The notes under the pieces: model-generated
What the model was told of the DNA's origin: nothing
Seen by the model: the letters and a program-made list of their open reading frames with translations, nothing else
Database searches by the model: none
Made by a program: the position numbers and the translations under genes
Assembly: GCA_046262595.1 (NCBI GenBank)
Contig: JBHEMM010000036.1
Coordinates: forward strand, 5,885 to 24,840
Direction: 5' to 3'
DNA: 18,956 nt
Source: Vulcanimicrobiaceae bacterium
GTDB lineage: Bacteria; Vulcanimicrobiota; Vulcanimicrobiia; Vulcanimicrobiales; Vulcanimicrobiaceae
Shown here: positions 1 through 5,576 of the stretch, piece after piece
Numbering within the stretch: the stretch's first letter is position 1
Layout of the letters: each line of letters starts with the position of its first letter

Positions 1-1
1 C

Positions 2-397
2 TTTAACGCACTGCGCCGCAACGCAGATTTCACGAGTCTGCTCGATCGTTTTGTGCAGGCGTATGTCAATACGCTCGGGCAGCTCGCCGCCTGCAACCGC
101 CTGCATAATGTGTACGAGCGGTGCGCGCGCTGGTTGCTCATGACGCAGGATCGCGTCGGCCTAGCCGACATCCGGCTGACGCACGAGTACTTGGCGATGA
201 TGCTGGGCACGCAGCGTTCGGGCGTGACGATCGCGGCGGCAACCCTGCAGCGCGCGGGCTTTATCCGTTATGGGCGCGGCGTCATTACGATCGTCGATCG
301 CGCCGGCTTAGAAGATGCCGCCTGCGAATGCTACGACGTGGCGCGCGCGCAATTCGGCGGCCTGCTGCAGCGCCCGCGCTTCGACACGCACCGCTAG
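2..397 (+). CDS. Crp/Fnr-family transcriptional regulator, C-terminal part (5' end outside window)
   Basis: Frame is open from base 2 (FNALRRNADFTSLLDRFVQAY...). Contains ACNRLH..ERCARWLL, the HTH_Crp segment LTHEYLAMMLGTQRSGVT, and C-terminal ACECY, typical of this Crp subfamily. Confidence 0.92.
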   Translation, partial: FNALRRNADFTSLLDRFVQAYVNTLGQLAACNRLHNVYERCARWLLMTQDRVGLADIRLTHEYLAMMLGTQRSGVTIAAATLQRAGFIRYGRGVITIVDRAGLEDAACECYDVARAQFGGLLQRPRFDTHR

Positions 398-401
398 AAC
401 A

Positions 402-698
402 CTAGTTTTCGTCGACGGCCTTTGCGGCGCTTTTGCCGGCGGTTGCGAACATATCCGCAAACTGCAGCGCGTACTCTTTGCGCATTTCAAGAAACTTGTT
501 GGCGTAGTCGAAGCTCATTTCGACGAACTTCGTCGGCGACGTGAGGTTCTCAAGCGACACTTTGTCCATCGCGGCAACTTCAGAGAAAAACTTCTGGGTC
601 TGCTCGGCAGCGGCAACGTTCAGGTCTTGCGCCTGCTTGACGGCGGCCAGCGTCTGCTCTTGGAACTGTTCGGCGAATTTCGTAAAATCAGTGGTCAT
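402..698 (-). CDS. Phasin-like PHA granule-associated protein (98 aa)
   Basis: Small Ala/Gln/Glu/Lys/Phe-rich protein with an amphipathic helical pattern and no TM segment. Last gene of the pha cluster, preceded by a near-consensus promoter. The CDS is well supported; phasin function is inferred from context and composition. Confidence 0.7.
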   Translation of the reverse strand: MTTDFTKFAEQFQEQTLAAVKQAQDLNVAAAEQTQKFFSEVAAMDKVSLENLTSPTKFVEMSFDYANKFLEMRKEYALQFADMFATAGKSAAKAVDEN

Positions 699-718
699 GC
701 GCTAAGTATACCTAGCGC
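699..718. promoter_or_regulatory. 20-bp palindromic operator, copy 1 (GCGCTAAG-TATA-CCTAGCGC)
   Basis: 18/20 self-complementary, overlaps the -10 box and abuts the phasin ATG. Related copy at 3532-3551. Confidence 0.75.
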
Positions 719-734
719 GCGCTATATCTGTCAA
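705..734 (-). promoter_or_regulatory. Sigma70-type promoter of the phasin-like gene, probably leaderless
   Basis: Minus strand reads TTGACA (734-729), 18 nt, TATACT (710-705), 6 nt, ATG (698). No Shine-Dalgarno. The -35 overlaps the TGA of the upstream regulator. Confidence 0.85.
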
Positions 735-1087
735 CCCCGATCGGTGAACCCCCGGTAGATTCGTATCAGCGTTTCTTTCTGGTCCGTGCTCAGATGCGGG
801 TCTAGGCGGACCGCCTGCTCGACGTTCTGGCCTGGAGGGGCCTTGGCGTCCTCGTCCAGCAGTCCGGCCTGCGCATACATCGTTTCGGCGGAAATCTGCA
901 GAGCGTTCGCGATATTTTTGAGCACGTCGGCGGAGGGCTTGTAGAGCCCCTTTTCCACCTGGCCCAAGTAGGGATTGGACACGTGCGAGATCTCGGCCAG
1001 CTGGCGCAGCGAGAGATTGGCGAGCTCGCGTTGGCTGCGGATGAACTCGCCCAGGGTTTTCCAGCCGCGGCTGCTGCTCTCGCTCAT
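731..1087 (-). CDS. XRE-family HTH transcriptional regulator, Rv0474/MLDSR-like (118 aa)
   Basis: LGEFIRSQRELANLSLRQLAEISHVSNPYLGQVEKGLYKPSADVL...ISAETMYAQAGLL...DPHLSTDQKETLIRIYRGF matches my recollection of the actinobacterial Rv0474 family along its length. ATG 1087 overlaps the phaC stop (ATGA). Confidence 0.88.
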   Translation of the reverse strand: MSESSSRGWKTLGEFIRSQRELANLSLRQLAEISHVSNPYLGQVEKGLYKPSADVLKNIANALQISAETMYAQAGLLDEDAKAPPGQNVEQAVRLDPHLSTDQKETLIRIYRGFTDRG

Positions 1088-2769
1088 GCGCGCACGTACG
1101 AACCCGGTGCCGGTTCGCCCTCGGGCAGACGGCACGGCGTGCCGAGCTCGCCGCCGCGTTCTTGCGCCCACAATGCCCAGTCGTTCCACCAGCTATCGCC
1201 CTCGCGTACTGCCGATGCGAACCACTCGTCCGCGCTCTGCTCGCGCAGCGCGCGTTCTTGGGTCCAGTGCTGGGATTTGGGATTGCCCGGCGGATTGCAG
1301 ATGCCCGCGACGTGTCCCGCGTTGGTCAGGGTGTACTTCACGTCGGTCGCGCCGACCAAGTTGACCGTGCGGTACGTCGACCGCCACGGCGCGATATGAT
1401 CCGCTTGCGCGCCGAGCACGTAGAGCGGCGTTTGAATCGTGCCCAAATCAATGGGCGTGTCGCTGATGACGAATGTGCCCGGCTGCGCGATCTGATTGTG
1501 CAGATAACACGCGCGCAAGTACTGGGAGTGCATTGCGGCGGGCATGCGCGTGGAATCGCTGTTCCACGTGAGGATGTCGAATGCCGGCGGATCCTTCCCC
1601 ATAAACCAGTTGCTCACGACGTAACTCCAAATCAAATCGTTCGCGCGCATCCAATCGAAGGTGCCGGCCATCTCGCTCGAGTCCAAAAAACCGCGCTCGT
1701 TCATGCGTTTTTCCAGCCGCGCGATCGTCGTTTCGTCGGTGAAGACGCCCAAGTCGCCGGGCTGCGAGAAATCGATGAGGGAGTTCGTGAGCGTCGCGCT
1801 GTTCACGCGCTCGCCTTGACCATGGGCCTGCAGATACGCGAGCATGATGAGCGTGAGCGTTCCGCCCAAACACAGCGCGGCGATGTTCGTTTTCTCGCTG
1901 CCGGTGATGTGTTCGACCTGTGTGAGCGCTTCGAGCAGGCCCAAGCGCAGATAATCGTCCATGAGGAAGCCGCGCATGCTCTCATCCGGATTGCGGTAGC
2001 TGATCATGAAGGTTTGGTGCCCGTGACGCACGGCCCACTCGACGAACGAACGGCCGGGCGCGAGATCCATGATGTAGTACTTATTGATCCAGGGCGGACT
2101 GCACAGCAGCGGAATCGCGTGCGTTTTGGCCGTCTGCGGTTCGTACGCGAGCAGTTCGATGAGCTCGTTCTTGAACACAACACGTCCCGGGGTGGCGGCG
2201 AGATTCACTCCCAACTTATGCTGACTCGTATCCACCTGGCGCGGCATGCCCCGGTTTTCTTTTGCGTCCTGCATGAAGTTCTGCATGCCGCGCATTAAGC
2301 TGGCACCGCCGGTACTCATCGCTTCTTTGACTACTGCAGGGTTCATCCACGGCACGTTGCTCGGCGCAAACGCGTCGTTGAGCATCTGCATGGCGAAGCG
2401 CGCTTTTCGTTTGGTGGCATCGGGCAAGCGCGAGGTTTCCACCAGCGACATGGCCGCGCGCGTGCGCGCCAAATACTCTTCGAGCACACCGGCCAGCATC
2501 GGGTTCTCGCGCCAGCCCGCATCCGCGAAACGCTTATCTTTAGCGGTATCGGCGCCGTTGCCGGCCGCCTCGACGCCCGAAAGGCGCTGCAGAAAGCGCA
2601 GCCCCGCCGCCTGCTGCTCGAGCATCAGCTGCGAGTACCACATCGCCATGCGTGCGGGATCGGCCATTGCATCACTCATGACGGCTTTGAGCGCATCGCC
2701 GAGCGAGGCGGGGTCGAGTCCCGTGACGTCCAAGCCGTATTGCAGATCTTCCGGTGACATCGTGCTCAT
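1084..2769 (-). CDS. phaC: Poly(3-hydroxyalkanoate) synthase, single-subunit class I/II-like (561 aa)
   Basis: Motifs DKRF, APSN, ATPGRVV, PPWINKYYIMDL, lipase-like box ALCLGG (Cys), DHIAPW (Asp), GHVAG (His), APGSYV. ATG 2769 overlaps the phaB stop (TAATG). Confidence 0.95.
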   Translation of the reverse strand: MSTMSPEDLQYGLDVTGLDPASLGDALKAVMSDAMADPARMAMWYSQLMLEQQAAGLRFLQRLSGVEAAGNGADTAKDKRFADAGWRENPMLAGVLEEYLARTRAAMSLVETSRLPDATKRKARFAMQMLNDAFAPSNVPWMNPAVVKEAMSTGGASLMRGMQNFMQDAKENRGMPRQVDTSQHKLGVNLAATPGRVVFKNELIELLAYEPQTAKTHAIPLLCSPPWINKYYIMDLAPGRSFVEWAVRHGHQTFMISYRNPDESMRGFLMDDYLRLGLLEALTQVEHITGSEKTNIAALCLGGTLTLIMLAYLQAHGQGERVNSATLTNSLIDFSQPGDLGVFTDETTIARLEKRMNERGFLDSSEMAGTFDWMRANDLIWSYVVSNWFMGKDPPAFDILTWNSDSTRMPAAMHSQYLRACYLHNQIAQPGTFVISDTPIDLGTIQTPLYVLGAQADHIAPWRSTYRTVNLVGATDVKYTLTNAGHVAGICNPPGNPKSQHWTQERALREQSADEWFASAVREGDSWWNDWALWAQERGGELGTPCRLPEGEPAPGSYVRA

Positions 2770-3530
2770 TACATGTACATCCCGCCGTTGACGTTGTAGA
2801 CCGAACCCGTGATATAGCCGCTGTTCTCGTCGATAAGGAAACGCACCATGCGCGCGATCTCTTGCGGCGTTCCCAAACGCTGAACCGGCGTGCGCGCGGT
2901 TGCGGCCGCGATCGCCTGCTGCGGCATTGCCGCAACCATCTCCGTATTGATGAAGCCGGGGGCAACGGCATTGACGGTGATGCCTTTCGCCGCCATTTCG
3001 AGCGCGACGGTCTTCGTCAAACCGATGAGGCCCGCTTTCGCCGCCGAGTAATTCGACTGCCCCACGTTGCCGGAAAGTCCCACGACCGAGCTGATGTTCA
3101 CGATGCGCCCGTACCCTTGCGCGATCATCGGCTCGATGACCGCCTTGGTCATGAAGAACGGCCCCGAGAGATCGACCTGAAGCACCGCGTTCCATTCCTC
3201 AATGGTCATCTTCCGCAGCGTGTGATCCATCGTAATGCCGGCGTTGTTCACGAGAAAATCGATGCGCCCATGCTCCTTGACGATCGCCTCCACCGCTGCC
3301 GCACAGCGGTCGTACTCGCCCACGTTCCCTTCATAGAAAAGCACGTTCTGCGCGCTGCCGTTCAACGACGCGCGCAAGGTTTCGGTGCGTTCGCGATCGG
3401 CGGGCAGGCCGAGCACGGCCACCTTCGCGCCATCGCCCGCCAGGACGCTGGTAATCGCCGCGCCGATTCCGCGTGCCCCGCCCGTCACGATTCCGGCGCG
3501 GCCTGCAAGAGAAGTGGTAACAGTTGTCAT
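2769..3530 (-). CDS. phaB: Acetoacetyl-CoA reductase (SDR), phaC-proximal copy (253 aa)
   Basis: TGGARGIG, NNAGI, NISS, YSAAK, PGFINTEM, C-terminal NGGMYM typical of PhaB; translationally coupled to phaC. ATG 3530 preferred over GTG 3551 on promoter geometry. Confidence 0.88.
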   Translation of the reverse strand: MTTVTTSLAGRAGIVTGGARGIGAAITSVLAGDGAKVAVLGLPADRERTETLRASLNGSAQNVLFYEGNVGEYDRCAAAVEAIVKEHGRIDFLVNNAGITMDHTLRKMTIEEWNAVLQVDLSGPFFMTKAVIEPMIAQGYGRIVNISSVVGLSGNVGQSNYSAAKAGLIGLTKTVALEMAAKGITVNAVAPGFINTEMVAAMPQQAIAAATARTPVQRLGTPQEIARMVRFLIDENSGYITGSVYNVNGGMYM

Positions 3531-3531
3531 G

Positions 3532-3551
3532 GTGCTAGGCTTACCTAGCAC
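3532..3551. promoter_or_regulatory. 20-bp palindromic operator, copy 2 (GTGCTAGG-CTTA-CCTAGCAC)
   Basis: Perfect 8-bp inverted repeat with a 4-nt spacer, 1 nt from the phaB ATG. Arms are closely similar and the spacer length is identical to 699-718. Confidence 0.75.
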
Positions 3552-3567
3552 GGGCTGCGCTTCCTTT
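3539..3567 (-). promoter_or_regulatory. Putative alternative-sigma promoter AAAGG-N18-GTAAGC, 8 nt before ATG 3530
   Basis: Same geometry as the elements at 7979-8007 and 17361-17389. Confidence 0.5.
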
Positions 3568-3571
3568 GCGG

Positions 3572-4312
3572 CTACATATCCAGTCCGCCGTTAACCGTGT
3601 AAACGGCGCCGGTGATATAAGCAGACTCGTCCTCGAGCAAAAACTTCACGACGCGGGCGACTTCATGCGGGTTGCCCAAGCGCTTTTGCGGAATGCGCGA
3701 GACCACTTTTTCCAGCGCCGCTTCGGGGATGGCTTGCACCATCTCGGTCGCGATGAAGCCCGGCGCAACGCAGTTGACCGTGATGCCCTTTGTCGCCGTC
3801 TCGAGCGCAAGCGATTTTGAAAAGCCGAACAAACCGGCCTTCGAGGCCGCGTAGTTCGCCTGGCCCACGTTGCCCGTCTCGCCGATCACCGAACTGATGT
3901 TGACGATGCGGCCGCTTCCGCGCGCGATCATGTGCTCGAGCACCGCTTTGGTCATCGCGAACGCGCCGAACAGGTTGACGTTGAGCACCTTGTGCCAATC
4001 GTCGGGCGACATTTTGCGCACCGTTTTGTCGAGCGTGATGCCGGCATTGTTCACCAAGTAATCCACGCGGCCGTGCGCTTCAAGCACTTCGTTCACCACG
4101 CGCACGCAATCGGCCGCATCGTCGACGCGCCCTTGATGCACGCTTACCGTACCGCCCGCGCGGTGCAGCTCGCCTTGCAGCTTTTCTGCACCCTCTCTGT
4201 TGCGGCTGTATCCGGCGGCCACCGTAACGCCGTCACGCGCCAGCGAGGCGGTGATCGCGCCGCCGATACCGCGCGTTCCGCCCGTGACGAGTGCGACTCT
4301 CTGCTCAATCAT
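3572..4312 (-). CDS. phaB: Acetoacetyl-CoA reductase (SDR), distal copy (246 aa)
   Basis: MIEQRVALVTGGTRGIG, NNAGI, YAASK, PGFIATEM, C-terminal NGGLDM. AAGGCGG precedes ATG 4312. Confidence 0.88.
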   Translation of the reverse strand: MIEQRVALVTGGTRGIGGAITASLARDGVTVAAGYSRNREGAEKLQGELHRAGGTVSVHQGRVDDAADCVRVVNEVLEAHGRVDYLVNNAGITLDKTVRKMSPDDWHKVLNVNLFGAFAMTKAVLEHMIARGSGRIVNISSVIGETGNVGQANYAASKAGLFGFSKSLALETATKGITVNCVAPGFIATEMVQAIPEAALEKVVSRIPQKRLGNPHEVARVVKFLLEDESAYITGAVYTVNGGLDM

Positions 4313-4481
4313 GACCGCCTTGTTGGAGCAGCCGAGCGCGATACCTGTTATGGCGGCGTGCGAAGCGCCCGCAGCGTCCTTTTGAGCGAAAAAGCGTGAA
4401 CGTGTTACCGTATCTGACGCGTTTTCGAGGGTGACGGTTGCCATGTCGCTAACCGGGCAACAGATGGGTAAAAGGAGAGTC

Positions 4482-4706
4482 ATGCGCCAGATCGGGACGG
4501 CCAACATCACGCGCGGCTCGATGGCCTGGGTTAATCCGTTCCGCTTCAAACTCGCACATGTGACGCACCGTCCGCACATCCGCGTGGAAAGCGCGCGCGT
4601 GCAAGCCGCGCCGTGCGTCATCGATCGCGGCGTCGATTTTATTGCCGACGTTCGCGACCTGCAGACACCGCCTGAAGTGCTGGCGGGCGGCGAGCGCGCG
4701 CCCTAA
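4482..4706 (+). CDS. Hypothetical protein (74 aa), divergent from the pha cluster
   Basis: Strong SD (AAAAGGAGAGTC) directly before ATG 4482. No recognisable domain. Confidence 0.6.
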   Translation: MRQIGTANITRGSMAWVNPFRFKLAHVTHRPHIRVESARVQAAPCVIDRGVDFIADVRDLQTPPEVLAGGERAP

Positions 4707-4711
4707 ACGCT

Positions 4712-5281
4712 CTGCGCGCGTACGTCTTCGTCCGGTATCACAGCGGCGACGGTGCCGGCCATGTCGCTTGGGGCTTTGAAGTGCCTGATGGACGCGTGTG
4801 CGCCGGCTCAGTTGAAAATCACAGCGGCCATTTGTTCACGCCGGCAAGCCGCATGGGTTTCTGGTGCGACATTCTCGGGGACGTTCAAACGCGGCTGCAA
4901 CGGCTCAAATACGATGACGTGCGCTGCTTTGAAGTGCCCAATCCCAACGCTACCGGCGCCTACCGCGTCACCAAATGGATCGAACGCAGCGCGTACCGCG
5001 CCGTCGCCCGCAACTGCGAAGACGATGTCTACGACGTGCTGCGCATGTACGGCGTGCAGCATTTGGAAGCGCCGTTCTTTAACTGGTTTCCGCGCTGGTG
5101 GTTTTCGCGGCTAAAGGGGCCGAAGATGCCGCTTTCGGCTTGGCGTGATGCGGGCGCCCTTCGAGCGGCTCAGGGCGACACGATTTTCGAAACGCTGCCT
5201 GCGCTGAAGCCGGCTTGGCGTAAGCCGCTGCACGGCGAATTCCGCCGCCTGCAGCTGCGGAAGCTGCTGCACTTCCACTGA
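4712..5281 (+). CDS. Putative permuted papain-like (NlpC/P60 superfamily) enzyme; start uncertain (CTG 4712 proposed)
   Basis: Frame is open from 4676. Upstream of the track's GTG 4781 it reads LRAYVFVRYHSGDGAGHVAWGFE; later it reads AYRAVARNCEDDVYDVL. GH-hydrophobic strand followed by Y-x5-NC is the permuted His-before-Cys layout. Confidence 0.55.
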   Translation: MRAYVFVRYHSGDGAGHVAWGFEVPDGRVCAGSVENHSGHLFTPASRMGFWCDILGDVQTRLQRLKYDDVRCFEVPNPNATGAYRVTKWIERSAYRAVARNCEDDVYDVLRMYGVQHLEAPFFNWFPRWWFSRLKGPKMPLSAWRDAGALRAAQGDTIFETLPALKPAWRKPLHGEFRRLQLRKLLHFH

Positions 5282-5333
5282 GGCGGTCGCGAAAAGGGGC
5301 CTCGCGATGCTCCCGAGCGAACCTTACGGCCCG

Positions 5334-5576
5334 ATGCGAGCCCTTATCATGTTTCTCCTCATTACGGCACTTGCGTACGGCGCTTTGACCGCATACGCCG
5401 GGTTCCGGGTCGCGCGGGGTATCGGTGATGCCAAAGCGCGCAGCGCCATAACCCGCGTTGCAGCCCGGATGATGGGCCGCGACGCACTTGAGAAAGTGGC
5501 GATCCGGCGCGGCCGCGTGCCGGGCTGGATCACGCAATCGCCCGCCTTTTGGTGGTCGCTGCGCTCTTACGAATAA
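5334..5576 (+). CDS. Small protein with N-terminal hydrophobic anchor or signal (80 aa)
   Basis: MRALIMFLLITALAYGALTAYAGFR is one hydrophobic helix followed by a basic tail. Alternative ATG at 5307. Confidence 0.55.
   Translation: MRALIMFLLITALAYGALTAYAGFRVARGIGDAKARSAITRVAARMMGRDALEKVAIRRGRVPGWITQSPAFWWSLRSYE

Noticed and set aside
2770..3195. Long N-terminal extensions in the ORF track (phaC to 3195, regulator to 1189, phaB to 4621, KaiC-like to 17651, S66 from 17146)
   Set aside because: They overlap neighbouring genes; internal starts with stop/start coupling, SD or promoter geometry fit better.
4395..4410. Possible Crp/Fnr box CGTGA-N6-TACCG upstream of phaB
   Set aside because: Second half-site matches TCACA poorly; the Crp gene is only convergently adjacent.
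4701..4708. CCC-TAA as a programmed +1 frameshift site
   Set aside because: The +1 frame stops within about 25 codons; the downstream gene is in the -1 frame and no clear slippery heptamer is present.
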